Below, in pieces: positions 9,411 to 21,070 of a DNA stretch of 64,000 nt. Position 1 is the stretch's first letter. The number at the start of each line of letters is the position of its first letter. Below the pieces are notes generated by a model. It did no database searches, had not been told where the DNA came from, and saw only the letters and a list, made by a program, of their open reading frames with translations. Origin of the DNA: an uncultured Bacteriovoracaceae bacterium (lineage in GTDB: Bacteria > Bdellovibrionota > UBA2428). Both the position numbers and the translations under genes were made by a program. Location of the stretch: NCBI GenBank assembly GCA_937952285.1, contig CALFZE010000104.1, positions 1,932 through 65,931 of the forward strand. Direction: 5' to 3'.

Positions 9411-11170
9411 TGAAAGAGGACGAAGGGGCGCAGGCCGCTCTGCTTCTTAACGAAACGAGCGAGCTCCTCGGCCGCCTCCTGCTCGATCTGACGGCGGCCG
9501 GCCGGACGCGCTCCCGACTTCGTCAGCAAGCGGTAGCGCGAATGAACCCACCCCTCGATCTCGGCCAGAAGCTCTTCCCGATCGAAAGCGAGCTCGCCCT
9601 CCTCGGGCCACATGCCCTCGGCCGAAACGCGGCACCGACCGCCGAGATCCAAGGAAACGACGAGACAGCCGCCCGACGCGGCCCGCTTACGGACCCGCAA
9701 GAAAGGATCCTTCGAGGAACACGCAAAATCCTCGAAGCGCAGCGATCGACCAGGCGCCTCGTACGAGCGATCCCGGCGCGAAAGCCGCCAGTTTCCGGCT
9801 TCCCAAGCGAAACTCAGTTGCGTGCCGTTCTCGGCCAGGTGAACGTCGGCTTCTTCGAGCCCCCAAGCGGCGCCCTCCCGAAGCGCCAAGTCCGCGCAAG
9901 CCCGCAACTGACGAAACTCGCCGTGAACGGGAATAACCTGCCGCGGCCTTAAAGTGCGCAGCAACTCCCGGATCTCCTCGGAGCGCGCATGACCGCTGGC
10001 ATGAATCGGTCCTCCGGCGCGAAGCTTCGCCTCGTCTCCCCAAAGCACCTCCGCCCCCCGCTTCATCAGCCCGTTCACGAGACGCCCCATGGGTCGCTCG
10101 TTCCCCGGAATCAACTTGCTCGAGAAGATGACCCGGTCTCCCGGCTCGAGCACGAAGTCGGAGTGTTCGCCCGCGGCCAAGCGACGGAGGGCGCTTCGCG
10201 TTTCACCCTGCGAACCCGAACAGATCACGAGCTGTCTCGAAGGTTCGAGCCGAGCCAACTCGCGCGCTTCGACGACGCGCGCCCCCCGAACGTCGGCCGT
10301 CTCGTCGAAGAGCCCCAGCTCGCCCGCGAGACGGAAAACGTTCTGCAGGCTTCGGCCCGCGAAACTGACGTGGCGACCAGCCCGCGCCGCGATGTTGAGG
10401 AGCGCGGCGATGCGGTAAACGTTCGACGCGAAGAGGGTCACGAAAACCCGGCCCTCGGCTTCGGAAACCAGGCGCTCGAGACCCGGAATCACGTCGAGTT
10501 CGGAAACCGAATGCCCCGGCCGTTCCGAGTTCGTCGAGTCCACGAAAAGAAAATCCGGATCGTCTCCGAAAACCCGGTAGGCGCTCGTTTCGATCGTGCC
10601 GTCTTCGAAGCGCCCCGCGTCGAGCTTGAAGTCCGCCGTGTGAATCACCCGCAGCGGCGCGGCCGGCGATCGCCATTCAAAAGCCAACGAACAACTGTCC
10701 GGCGTGCTGTGCCGGGTCTCGACGAAAGTGACGTCGACATCCGCGGAAAGCGCGAGACGGGATCCTTTCTCGAAGGTCTCGATGAGGTCGGCGTACCGTC
10801 GAGCGCTCGGATAGCGTCGATCCTCCTTAAAACGCTCCCGCATGAGCGCGGCCGCAAAACGCGGCGCCAACAACTTGGGCGGCGGAAGCCCGAGCCGTTC
10901 GGAAGCCGCGACGATCGAGGTCGCGGCGCCGATGTGGTCTTCGTGCCCATGGGTAAAGATCCAAAAACGCGGCCGGTAAGTCTCGAGTATCTCCGTGTAA
11001 TCGACGCTGAGGGATTCGATCCCGAAGTCGTTCGGATCCGCGAACAAGACGCCGGCGTCGACGGGAACCGCGGTTTCGCCGAAGCGAAAAAGCATGCAAT
11101 TCATGCCGACTTCGCCGAGTCCCCCGTAGGGCTGCCAGCGAAACAAGCGTTGGGAGGATTCCGACGACAC
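9392..11170 (-). CDS. rnj: Ribonuclease J (MBL/beta-CASP)
   Basis: GGLGEVGMNC, THGHEDHIG, HTADFKLD, DSTNS, GSQGE, IHASGHA and PVHGE. Confidence 0.93.
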   Translation of the reverse strand: MSSESSQRLFRWQPYGGLGEVGMNCMLFRFGETAVPVDAGVLFADPNDFGIESLSVDYTEILETYRPRFWIFTHGHEDHIGAATSIVAASERLGLPPPKLLAPRFAAALMRERFKEDRRYPSARRYADLIETFEKGSRLALSADVDVTFVETRHSTPDSCSLAFEWRSPAAPLRVIHTADFKLDAGRFEDGTIETSAYRVFGDDPDFLFVDSTNSERPGHSVSELDVIPGLERLVSEAEGRVFVTLFASNVYRIAALLNIAARAGRHVSFAGRSLQNVFRLAGELGLFDETADVRGARVVEARELARLEPSRQLVICSGSQGETRSALRRLAAGEHSDFVLEPGDRVIFSSKLIPGNERPMGRLVNGLMKRGAEVLWGDEAKLRAGGPIHASGHARSEEIRELLRTLRPRQVIPVHGEFRQLRACADLALREGAAWGLEEADVHLAENGTQLSFAWEAGNWRLSRRDRSYEAPGRSLRFEDFACSSKDPFLRVRKRAASGGCLVVSLDLGGRCRVSAEGMWPEEGELAFDREELLAEIEGWVHSRYRLLTKSGARPAGRRQIEQEAAEELARFVKKQSGLRPFVLFHWMESP

Positions 11171-11199
11171 GCCGAGATCCTACCAACGCAGGCCAACGC

Positions 11200-12687
11200 T
11201 TACCAGGTTCCGCGCGCGAAGATGCCAAGCTCCAAGACTTCGGCGTTCGCGTCGCGGACCCAAACGCCCGGCGCGAGGGACGACACGTCCGACCAGGAGT
11301 TGCGATAGAGACCCACGAGCCCGACGCGCAGCCAGGCCAGCGCTTTCCAAGCGGGCTCGCTGCGGAAGTTCAAGCCGATATCGCGCGGAGGCGAAACGTC
11401 GCCGAACTCCGTCACGTAGAGCTCGAGGTCCCACGGCCACTCGAAAGATGCGGCTTTCCAATTCCAACGCGTTCCCAGCGCCATCCGCTGGGCCGTCGCG
11501 GAATAAGACTCTTCGTCGGGTCTCGACTCGAAGTAAAGTTCGGACGAATACCTCGACGCGAACCACAGGGCCTCGGTCTCCCAAGCCGCGCCCGCGATCG
11601 AAGAAACGTCGGCGGCGAGCCGAAAGCGCGGAAGCAACTGAGTCTCGAGTCCGTCTCCGGCGGATTCCTCGAGGCCAAACTCCGCCCGAACCCGATCCGT
11701 GGGACGGAAGAGCAGATCCATCGAGAACGCCCGGTGATTCCCCAAAAGCGAAGTCGGCGCCGGTTGCCAAAAACGCGTTCCGACGCGCACGCGCGAACCC
11801 ATCAACAGGGAAGCCGCGTGGCGAGTTCCATCGTAGGCCCCCTCACTCGTCTTTCGAAGCGTCAGTCGATAGTCGAGCGCTTCGGAAGGATCCGGAGCGC
11901 CGCTTGCGCGCCGACTCCAGCCGAAGAATCCGCCGTAGCGTTGGTCCGAACGAAGGGCGGCGCGCGCAAGATCGTAAGAACCGCGATTCTCGTTCGCGAA
12001 GGCTCCGAGCTCGATCCATTGACGCTCGCCGATCCGAAAAGAAGGAGCGACTTCGATCCGGTAACGGGGGCGCCCCACGGACTCGTGACGGTAAGCGCCC
12101 ATGAGGTCGGCGCGCAGGGCCCAACCCCCAAAATGGCGCGAGGTCAGGGCTTGGGCCGAGGCTTCGTAGACGGGAACGTTCTTCCTTCGGCCGTCCCTCG
12201 ACCAAGTTCGGTAAAGCGCGGCGGCCTTCGCATCGGTCTTAAGCCGCCAAGGGGTGTTCGAATCCGCATCTTCGCCGCACGCCTCGACGACTTTCTCGAG
12301 CGTCTCGAAGGCTTCCCGGGCCAACGCGGCCCGCTCGGCCTCGAAGCGGCAAAGGTATCCGGATTCCGACCCTTCCGGCAGACAGAGCGTCTCGAACTTC
12401 TCGCGCTGGGCGCGCAGCTTCGCGAGCGTCGAGTCGATCGTCGACTTTTCGGCCTCGGAGCAACCCTTCCGCGCCCGCTCGGCAAAGCGCGACCAGTTTT
12501 CTTCGATCTCGACCCAATCCGCGTACGTGCTCCACCGTTCGGCGCGACGGTAGGCCTCCCAGCTCCCCTTGACCCCCGAAGCTCGAAGATCGGGCAGGTC
12601 CTGCCAGGATTTTTCGAGGTGGCGGTAGCCGTCCGTCGCGTGGGCGGCGAACGAGAAGGCGCTCAATCCGAAGAGAAAGGACTTCAT
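11200..12687 (-). CDS. Hypothetical outer-membrane protein (helical N-domain plus putative beta-barrel)
   Basis: Signal peptide, alternating aromatic and hydrophobic strands in the C-terminal half, and a terminal ..GIFARGTW resembling an OMP beta-signal. Confidence 0.55.
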   Translation of the reverse strand: MKSFLFGLSAFSFAAHATDGYRHLEKSWQDLPDLRASGVKGSWEAYRRAERWSTYADWVEIEENWSRFAERARKGCSEAEKSTIDSTLAKLRAQREKFETLCLPEGSESGYLCRFEAERAALAREAFETLEKVVEACGEDADSNTPWRLKTDAKAAALYRTWSRDGRRKNVPVYEASAQALTSRHFGGWALRADLMGAYRHESVGRPRYRIEVAPSFRIGERQWIELGAFANENRGSYDLARAALRSDQRYGGFFGWSRRASGAPDPSEALDYRLTLRKTSEGAYDGTRHAASLLMGSRVRVGTRFWQPAPTSLLGNHRAFSMDLLFRPTDRVRAEFGLEESAGDGLETQLLPRFRLAADVSSIAGAAWETEALWFASRYSSELYFESRPDEESYSATAQRMALGTRWNWKAASFEWPWDLELYVTEFGDVSPPRDIGLNFRSEPAWKALAWLRVGLVGLYRNSWSDVSSLAPGVWVRDANAEVLELGIFARGTW

Positions 12688-14183
12688 CTTGCTTGCGTCT
12701 CCTTCCGCGAAGCCTCGCGGATCTCACGCAGGCTGGCGCGCAGCGGATCGAGTCCGGTGATTCCTATCCGATCTAAGCGCTCGGCGATCGCGCGCACGTG
12801 TTCGGCGAGCTCCGGCCCCGATCTGAGTCTCGCGAGGAATCCGACTTTCTCGACCCACTTCTCCAGGTAACGACGCTCTTCCTTCGGGGAAACTCCGCGC
12901 CGTAGCGCTTCGCGCAAGATGTCCGCGCTGAGACCCAAGGATCGCACCTTGGCGGAGTCCGACACCGAGTTCGAATAGACGACCTCAAAAACCCGGATGC
13001 CTTCGTCCACGCGGCCCGCCGAGGCCAAAGCCAATCCGTAACGCTCGGCGACGCCGTCCCGGTCGAGGAACGACGGAGACTCGTCGAGGATCATGCGGAG
13101 ATATTCGATTTCCCAAGACCGGAATCGCCGCTTGTCGGTCGGCCCGTCGGCGCGTTCCGCGGCCCGATCGGAAAGATCCGCGAGCGCGAGCCGAAGCTCC
13201 GCTCGAATCGTGGCGTCCCGGCCGGCGCGGCCCAAGGCCTCCTGGAAGAACGCGAAGGCAAGCTCGTCGCGTCCGGCGTCGGCCTGCAATCGAGCGATAT
13301 CGGCGAGCGAGGACCCGTCCGCGGGCTCTCCCTTTTCGCGCGCAAAACGGAGGCCGAGGGCCAGAAGCTCGGCCGACGACGCCGGACGCTTGGCGCGAAC
13401 CCACTCGTCGACGAGACGGGGCGTCAGCTCGACGAGATTCTCGCGCAAGGCTTCGTCTCGCCACGTCCCGACGAGCTTCAGGAAAGCGGCGTCTTCGCCC
13501 CACCCGTGGACGACGTAATCGACCAAAGTCGCGTCCAGATCGGCACGCTCGATACGTAAGCGGGTTTCCCCCTTGTTCAGCTCCGCGCGGGCCTTGAACC
13601 AAGCGGTGACGCGAGCCCCGGGGCCGAGCCCCAGTCCCCGGCGAAACTCGATCAAAGCGGCATAGCGCGGATCCGCCTGAACTCCTTCGCCCCGATCCGT
13701 TCGAAGGTAACTCCAAAGCCCGGCGGACGGCGAGCGTTCGAACTCCGGCCGCCAAAGCGACTTCAGCCTTTGCCCGAAGGCGGCGAGCTTCGCTTCGAGC
13801 GTCTCGGGCCGATCAAAGAACGACGGGAAGCTTCGATCAAACTCCGTGCGCAGATTCTCGTCGACCAAGGAAGCCTCCTCGATCGCGCGCAGGTCCGACG
13901 GCGGCAAAGGCGGATCACCCGCCTCCCGCAAGTACCATTCCGCGCGCTGGCGAGGGGTCAGCGTCTTCGCCAGCCGGGGAGCTTCGGACCCGTCCGAGAC
14001 GCGAGAGCGGTTCATCGGCCAGGCGCCGATGCGAGTCATCCGCTCGCCTTCGACGCGAAAAGCCAGGGAAGACTCGCGGTAGCGCCGGAAAGCCTGTTCG
14101 ACGGATTCTTCCGAAGCGTAGACGCCCAAAGGATAGAGCGAGCAAAGAAGCCAACGCTTCATCTCAACGCTCCCCTTTCGCAC
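12684..14183 (-). CDS. Hypothetical exported helical/TPR-like protein
   Basis: Signal-like N-terminus, TPR-like segments (AFAFFQEAL; YGLALASAGRVDEGIRVF), and a 4-nt overlap with the next gene. Confidence 0.55.
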   Translation of the reverse strand: MRKGSVEMKRWLLCSLYPLGVYASEESVEQAFRRYRESSLAFRVEGERMTRIGAWPMNRSRVSDGSEAPRLAKTLTPRQRAEWYLREAGDPPLPPSDLRAIEEASLVDENLRTEFDRSFPSFFDRPETLEAKLAAFGQRLKSLWRPEFERSPSAGLWSYLRTDRGEGVQADPRYAALIEFRRGLGLGPGARVTAWFKARAELNKGETRLRIERADLDATLVDYVVHGWGEDAAFLKLVGTWRDEALRENLVELTPRLVDEWVRAKRPASSAELLALGLRFAREKGEPADGSSLADIARLQADAGRDELAFAFFQEALGRAGRDATIRAELRLALADLSDRAAERADGPTDKRRFRSWEIEYLRMILDESPSFLDRDGVAERYGLALASAGRVDEGIRVFEVVYSNSVSDSAKVRSLGLSADILREALRRGVSPKEERRYLEKWVEKVGFLARLRSGPELAEHVRAIAERLDRIGITGLDPLRASLREIREASRKETQAR

Positions 14184-14490
14184 GATTTCTCAGATCCCTT
14201 TCGGTCAGTTCGATCTCGACGAGAAAACGCGGGTCGCTCGCGAGCGACTCCTCCCAGACGACGCGGGCCAAACGCCGCCATCGATCGGATCCAAGCCCGT
14301 CGCCCTTGTCGGCGCGCACGAGCGCCTGGAGAAGATAAAGACGCAGAAGTTCCGAGGGGCCCGCGCCGGGGCTCGTCGCGAGCGAGATCGTCGCGTCGAG
14401 CTCGCGAAGCTCCGCCCGCGGCGATTCCGCGGCCCGCGCGCAAGTCGCGAAGACCAAGAACGTAGCGAGGCCGATCCCACGTGTCGTCAT
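14164..14490 (-). CDS. Small exported hypothetical protein
   Basis: Signal peptide (ATCARA). Overlaps its neighbours in an operon-like arrangement. Confidence 0.5.
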   Translation of the reverse strand: MTTRGIGLATFLVFATCARAAESPRAELRELDATISLATSPGAGPSELLRLYLLQALVRADKGDGLGSDRWRRLARVVWEESLASDPRFLVEIELTERDLRNRAKGER

Positions 14491-15029
14491 GGAGTCAGCT
14501 CTTCCATCTCGAGGCGACGATCGGAAGCCTCCCGTCCGCTTTTGAGCGCGATCGCCAGGATTCGGCGGTCCGTGCCGGCGTCGAGGAAGATCGGCCGCAC
14601 CGTCGAGGCGCTCCGACGCTCCGACCCCTCACGCCAGAACAGACTCACCCGCAGTTGGCGGCCGCCCCGCGGCGCCGAGCGGAGCACAATGCTTTGCCAC
14701 AAAACGCGCTCCATGACCGCCGGTGAGAGGATCTCAAAGCGTTGGGGAGGAAGTTCGTCGAGCCTCAGCTCCATCGCCCGCAACTCGGGACGCAGACCCG
14801 CGACCGAGATGCGGAGATCCAGGTTCAACGGAGGCGCCGACGGATCCGCGAAGTCCACGTCGTGCCCCTGGTCCCCGTAGCGTTTTTCGAGCATGTCGCG
14901 CCGATGGCGCCGTTCGCGCGCGCCTTCCGCGAGCCACGATTCCTTGATGGTCCAAAGGGAAGGAAAATCCTCGGCCGCGCGCGCGACGCCGCCTAGGGCG
15001 AACACGAGCGCGACGAAGCGGGTCTTCAC
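14487..15029 (-). CDS. Exported hypothetical protein
   Basis: Signal peptide (GVARA). 4-nt overlaps with both neighbours. Confidence 0.55.
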   Translation of the reverse strand: MKTRFVALVFALGGVARAAEDFPSLWTIKESWLAEGARERRHRRDMLEKRYGDQGHDVDFADPSAPPLNLDLRISVAGLRPELRAMELRLDELPPQRFEILSPAVMERVLWQSIVLRSAPRGGRQLRVSLFWREGSERRSASTVRPIFLDAGTDRRILAIALKSGREASDRRLEMEELTP

Positions 15030-16630
15030 GAGACGGGACCCTCGGGGTTCTCGGGATTGCCGAGCGGCGATTCGGGCCGCGGCGATTCCTTGGGCTCGAT
15101 CACGTCCGGGAGCGGCGTGGGCTTCTCCGTCAGCGGAGTCTTACGGTTGAAGTCGGCGAGCGCTTGGCCGAAGTAGTTCTGCCAGGGACGCAAGGAACCC
15201 GGGTTCTTGGACTTGTCGTTCATGAGAACGGAGAACGCCAGAAGCTCGCCGCCCCGGCTCTGCACGACCCCGACGATCGCCGAAACGCCGTCGATCGTGC
15301 CCGTCTTGCCGCGAAGCCGACCGTAGGCGCTCGTGCCCTTCATGCGGGATTTGAGGGTGCCATCCTTGCCCGCGATGGGGAGAGAACTCAAAAGCTCAGG
15401 CAGAACGTCGAAGTCCAAGTAAGCCGCGTTCATCAACGCCGTGTACTGGGACGCGCTCGTGCGGTTTTCGCGCGTGAGGCCCGATCCCGAAACGAGCGTG
15501 AATCCCGATCCGTTCATGCCGATCTTCGTGGCCTCTTCCTTGAGAACCTCGAGGCCTTTCGGCATCGTTCCCGGCGCGCCCTTGATGTCGCGGCCGAGTG
15601 CCTTCACGAGGGTGTCCGCGATGAAGTTCGAGGAGTACTTGTTCATGAGCGTCACGATCTCGCGCAACGGCAGACTCTCCAACTCGGCCAGCTTCTGGGC
15701 CGTTTTCGGGACTTCTTTCTTCTCGGCCTTCGTTCCGGCGATGCGGATTCCGCGGTTCTCGAGCATCCAGCGGAAGGCCTGCCCGGCGTAGAGCGCCGGT
15801 TCGACGATGTTGAAGTGCGACTTCTGCTCGCCGAGACCGACCGGAATGCCGCCCTTCACGAGGATCGTGTCGCGTCCGTTGCCAGGCACGCGACTGGCGA
15901 CGAGCGCGTAGGGACCGCCGCGGGCCGTCGTCTTCGCGCGGTTGTCGACTTGAATGTAGCCGGTATCGGGCTCGGGGTAGATGCGCGGTTTTTCACCGTT
16001 CGCGCTTCCCGGCCGAAAGTACACCGTCGTCGTATTGTAGTTGAAGCTCAGTCCGCCGACGGGCGCGTTGTACGCGCGGTCCGTGTTCGTCCGCAGGCGG
16101 TTCTCGTCCACCTTGACCTGGTCGAAAGTCCAGTCGTCGACAAAAAGATCGCCGGTCACGCTCTTGAAGCCCGCGCGAGCCAGGTCGTTCACGAGCAGGA
16201 AGAGACGTTCCGTCACGAGCGAAGGGTCGCCGCCCCCTTTTAGATAGAGGTTGCCTTTGAGCACGCCGTTCTGCACGACGCCGTCGGTGTAGACTTCCGT
16301 ACGGAAGGTGTAGTCCGGCCCCAGACGCTTCAACGCGACGTAGGCCGTCAGAAGCTTGATGGTCGAGGCCGACGACAACGGCGCGTCCGCGTTGAGCTGG
16401 TAGAGCGGCTCCTGGCGCGAGAGCGAATAGACTTCGACCCCGAGGTGCGTGCGGTCCAGCTTTTCGTCCTTGAAGATGAAGGCCAAACGCTTCACGAGCG
16501 CTTCCTTGAAGATATCCTTAGCGCCGATCGAGGCTCCCGTGCCCGTTTGCGCGAACGCCGAGGCCGCGAGAAGCGAAGACGAAAGGCAAAACGAACGAAT
16601 CGCGGCTGGGCGCGCAATGCAGGCTCTCAT
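15026..16630 (-). CDS. dacB: D-Ala-D-Ala carboxypeptidase/endopeptidase (PBP4, peptidase S13)
   Basis: SxxK (SASTIK), GNLYLKGGGDPSL, SxN (SSN), DGSG-like SGSGLTR and KTG (GKTGTIDGVSA). Confidence 0.95.
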   Translation of the reverse strand: MRACIARPAAIRSFCLSSSLLAASAFAQTGTGASIGAKDIFKEALVKRLAFIFKDEKLDRTHLGVEVYSLSRQEPLYQLNADAPLSSASTIKLLTAYVALKRLGPDYTFRTEVYTDGVVQNGVLKGNLYLKGGGDPSLVTERLFLLVNDLARAGFKSVTGDLFVDDWTFDQVKVDENRLRTNTDRAYNAPVGGLSFNYNTTTVYFRPGSANGEKPRIYPEPDTGYIQVDNRAKTTARGGPYALVASRVPGNGRDTILVKGGIPVGLGEQKSHFNIVEPALYAGQAFRWMLENRGIRIAGTKAEKKEVPKTAQKLAELESLPLREIVTLMNKYSSNFIADTLVKALGRDIKGAPGTMPKGLEVLKEEATKIGMNGSGFTLVSGSGLTRENRTSASQYTALMNAAYLDFDVLPELLSSLPIAGKDGTLKSRMKGTSAYGRLRGKTGTIDGVSAIVGVVQSRGGELLAFSVLMNDKSKNPGSLRPWQNYFGQALADFNRKTPLTEKPTPLPDVIEPKESPRPESPLGNPENPEGPVS

Positions 16631-16667
16631 ACGCTCATTTAATCACAGTTTTTGCTAAGCTAGACCC

Positions 16668-18211
16668 ATGCTCGGCATCGACCCATCGCGGCGCGGTTTT
16701 CCGCTTCTCACGGGCCTCGCCTTGGCCCTCGCGGGATGCCGCCCCGGCCCCAAGGTCCCGTCCGACACGCTCGTCGTCGCCATCGAGTCCGAAGTTCGAA
16801 ATCTCGACCTGCGTCAATCCGCCGATCAGAACGCGGTGCACCTGACCACGCTGCTCACCCAACGTCTCGTGGGCTTCGGCGACGACTTTCGTCCCGAAGC
16901 CGAGATCGCGCTCGATTGGACGGAAAGCGATGCCCGGCTTTTTCGCTTTCGCCTGCCGAGCGACGTCACCTTCCACGACGGCACGCCGCTGAATTGCGAG
17001 CACGTCCTCTTCAACTTCGAAGACGCCGCTTTCTCGCCGAAGTCCCGCGTCCGTTCGAATTTCGCCGACGTCAAAAGCATGCGCTGCGAAAACCCCACGA
17101 GCTTCGTGATCGAACTCAAGGAGCCGCGCCCGTCTTTCGTCGCCCAGGCGGTCACGAGCCTCAACATTTTTCCCAAGCATCTCGTGAACGAGCCCGGATT
17201 CGGCTCCCACCCCGTGGGCAGCGGGCCCTATCGCTTCGTCGAGCGGCGGGGTCGGGACATCCTCTTCGAACGCTTCGAGGGCCTCCGGCGGCGGCGCGCG
17301 GGGCGCGACCTGCCCGCTCCCCGTTTCAAGCGTATCGTCGTTCGCACGATCGAAGACCCCGTGACCCGCTACCTTTCGCTCGTGGGCGGCGACGTCGAAA
17401 TCGTTTTCAACGGCCTCTCCCCCAAGAAGGTCCAGGAAGCCGAGAAAGACCCTCGCCTGCAGGTCCTGCGCGGGCCGGGCTCGAGCTACACCTACATCGG
17501 CATCAATCATCGCCACGCGAAGCTCAAGGACCTTCGCGTCCGGCAAGCCCTCGCCTACGCGCTCGATCGCGAATCGCTGATCCGTCACAAGCTCCTGGGA
17601 TCGGCGCGCCTGGCCTCGACGCTGATCTCGCCGCTGAGCTACTTTTCGAACGGCGATCTGAAGGCCTGGCCCTTCGATCCCGCCAAGGCCCGTGCGCTCC
17701 TCGAGAAGGCGGACGCCATGGGGCTCGAGCTCGAGTTCAAGACCTCGGCGGATCGCGACGTCGTTTCGATGGCGCTCGCCCTCAAAGACCAGCTCGAGAA
17801 AGCGGGTTTTCGCATCCGGCTTCGTTCGATGGAGTTTCCCAGTTTCTTCGCCGACGTCCAGGCCGGGCGTTTCGATCTCTTCACGCTGCGGTGGACCTCC
17901 GTCGTCGACCCGGAGCTCCTCCACAAGATTTTTCACTCCTCGCAGCTTCCCCCGGGAAGGAACCGCGGCGCTTACGCCAACGCCGAAGTGGACGCGGGGC
18001 TCGAGCGGGCCACGCGCGAGCTCGACCCCCTTCGTCGGCGCCAAGAACTTTTCAAGGTACAGGCTCTCTTGGCCGACGACCTGCCTTACGTTTCGCTGTG
18101 GTATCCTGACAACGTGATCGTCGCGTCGAAATCCCTGCGTCAGCTTCGCCTGCACCCGAGCGGAAGCTGGCAGCCGCTCTTCGAAGCCCACAAGGACGAA
18201 GAGAGTCCCCG

Positions 18212-18215
<4 letters not shown>
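16668..18215 (+). CDS. Family-5 (peptide/nickel) ABC transporter substrate-binding lipoprotein
   Basis: SRRGF twin-Arg-like motif, lipobox LAGC, FHDGTPL, PVGSGPY, DLRVRQALAYALDR. Confidence 0.92.
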
Positions 18216-19131
<916 letters not shown>

Positions 19132-19132
<1 letters not shown>

Positions 19133-19875
19133 TGGGCCAAGCCGCCGGCCTCTTGGCCCCCGGAATCCAGCTCGCCCCCGGAGAACTCGCGGCCGAAGCG
19201 TTGCCCGACCGTCTCGTGCAGCATCTTCGCGCCCTGAGACCGCGACGGGGCGAGCGTTACGTCTTCTTGGACGGGCGCGGAACGCGCTGGGCCGCCACCG
19301 TACGCGATGACCGCCCGCTTCGCTTCGAAGTCGGCGAGGCCGAAGTCGTACCCGCCCTCGAACCGAAGCTCGTGCTTTGCCTGGCGCCACCGAAGGGCGA
19401 CGATCTTTGGCAGTCCGTCACCCAAGCCACCGAGGTGGGTGCGGCCCGCATCGCCTTCGTCCGTTCGGAGCACGCGCAGATCGCCAAGGGGCAAAACGTC
19501 CCCATCGATCGCGCCCGGCGCGTCAGCGACGCTTCTTGCGAGCAATGCGTGCGCGCCTGGCAAGTCGATATCGAAGACGAATGGCGATCGACCGCGGAGC
19601 TGCTGGCGCGTCCGGGCGTCCACGTCGTGGCCGACGAAGGCTTGGCCGGGGCGAATCCGATCGGGTTCGTCGAAGGCGTGCCGCCTTCGCTTCGCGGCGT
19701 CCCCGTTCACCTTTACGTTGGCCCCGAAGGGGGCTGGTCCGACGCCGAGCGGGAAGCCTTTCGCGGCAAAGCCTTTCCGCTTTCGCTCGGATCGCTCGTC
19801 ATGCGCGTGCCGACGGCCGTCGTAGCCGGACTTCATTTTTTAAGGCTTGTCTCCGAGCACGGCTCGGCCCGATAA
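19132..19875 (+). CDS. rsmE: 16S rRNA m3U1498 methyltransferase
   Basis: TAATG overlap with the cyclase gene. Motifs HLRALR, ATEVG, VGPEGGWS.E and LG.LVMRVPTA. Confidence 0.9.
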
Positions 19876-19882
19876 GAACGTC

Positions 19883-20380
19883 ATGACTCCCTCTTCACGC
19901 CTTTACCCGCTTTCCTGGTCCGAGGCGGCGGCCCTCGCCGACGCCGTTCGTCGTCGCGGCGGCAAGGTCGTCACGACGAACGGTTGCTTCGATCTGCTTC
20001 ACGCCGGGCACGTCCAGTATCTCGAGGACGCGCGCAAACTCGGCGACGCGCTTATCGTCGGCCTGAACTCGGACGCCTCGGTCAAAAGGCTCAAAGGCGC
20101 CGAGCGGCCGCTCAATTCCTCGGACGCGCGGGCTTGCGTGCTCGGCGCGCTGCGCGCCGTCGACGCAGTCGTCGTCTACGAGGAGGACACGCCCACCGAG
20201 TTTTTGAAGACTGTCCGCCCCGATATTCACGTGAAGGGCGGCGATTGGGACCCGGAAAAAATGCCCGAAACGCCCCTTATCCGCTCCTGGGGCGGTCGCG
20301 TGGAAGTGCTGCGCTTCGTCGACGGATTCTCGACGACGGGCCTCATCGAGCGCGCCCGCGACAAAGACCCGAGGCGCTGA
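19883..20380 (+). CDS. rfaE2: RfaE2/HldE domain II-like cytidylyltransferase-family protein (ADP-heptose synthase)
   Basis: VTTNGCFDLLHAGHVQYL, GLNSDASVKRLKG.ERP, VKGGDW and GFSTT. Confidence 0.9.
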   Translation: MTPSSRLYPLSWSEAAALADAVRRRGGKVVTTNGCFDLLHAGHVQYLEDARKLGDALIVGLNSDASVKRLKGAERPLNSSDARACVLGALRAVDAVVVYEEDTPTEFLKTVRPDIHVKGGDWDPEKMPETPLIRSWGGRVEVLRFVDGFSTTGLIERARDKDPRR

Positions 20381-20392
20381 TAGACGAGAGTC

Positions 20393-21016
20393 ATGCCGAC
20401 GCTCGTCTTATCCCGTCACGGACAATCCGAGTTCAATCTTTCGAACCGCTTCACCGGTTGGCTCGACGTCGAGCTCACCCGTCAAGGCGAAGAAGAAGCC
20501 AAGCGCGCCGGCCAAAAGATCCGCGGGCTCAAGTTCAAGCCCGCCGTCGCCTTCACGAGCGCGCTCCGTCGCGCGCAGAAGACCCTCGATTTCATTCTGG
20601 GCGAGCTGAATTTGCGCGACGCTTTGCCCATCCAGAAAGACCAAGCCCTCAACGAGCGTCACTACGGTGATCTCCAGGGCAAAAACAAGGCCGAGACGGC
20701 CGCCGAGTTCGGCGAAGAACAAGTCAAGATCTGGCGCCGCAGCTACGACATCCCACCCCCGAACGGCGAGAGCCTCAAGGATACGGCGGCGCGCACGCTT
20801 CCGTACTTCGAAGGCAAGATCGTGCCCGAGCTCAAGGCCGGCCGCGACGTTCTCGTCGTCGCGCACGGGAACAGCCTTCGCTCGATCGTCATGTCGATCG
20901 AAAAGATGACTCCCGACGAAATCCTGCGCACGGAAATGGGCACGGGCGAACCGTGGGTCTACCGCGTCGAGGAGCTCCCGAGCGGAGAGCTCCGCTACAC
21001 GCGCCTCGAACCCTGA
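20393..21016 (+). CDS. gpmA: 2,3-bisphosphoglycerate-dependent phosphoglycerate mutase
   Basis: RHGQSEFNLSNRFTGW, LNERHYGDLQG, WRRSYD.PPPNGESLKDT and AHGNSLR. Confidence 0.97.
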   Translation: MPTLVLSRHGQSEFNLSNRFTGWLDVELTRQGEEEAKRAGQKIRGLKFKPAVAFTSALRRAQKTLDFILGELNLRDALPIQKDQALNERHYGDLQGKNKAETAAEFGEEQVKIWRRSYDIPPPNGESLKDTAARTLPYFEGKIVPELKAGRDVLVVAHGNSLRSIVMSIEKMTPDEILRTEMGTGEPWVYRVEELPSGELRYTRLEP

Positions 21017-21040
21017 GCCTGTCCCGGAACTCTTTACAAT

Positions 21041-21070
21041 CTTGAACGGCGAAGTTTGCCGCCGTTCAAG
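21041..21070. terminator. Hairpin between convergent gpmA and pif1
   Basis: Perfect 11-bp stem CTTGAACGGCG/CGCCGTTCAAG with an 8-nt loop. No strong U-tract. Confidence 0.5.

Noticed and set aside
12256-12265. GTTCGAATCC, tRNA T-loop-like
   Set aside because: The flanking bases do not form a T-stem or cloverleaf, and it lies inside a CDS.
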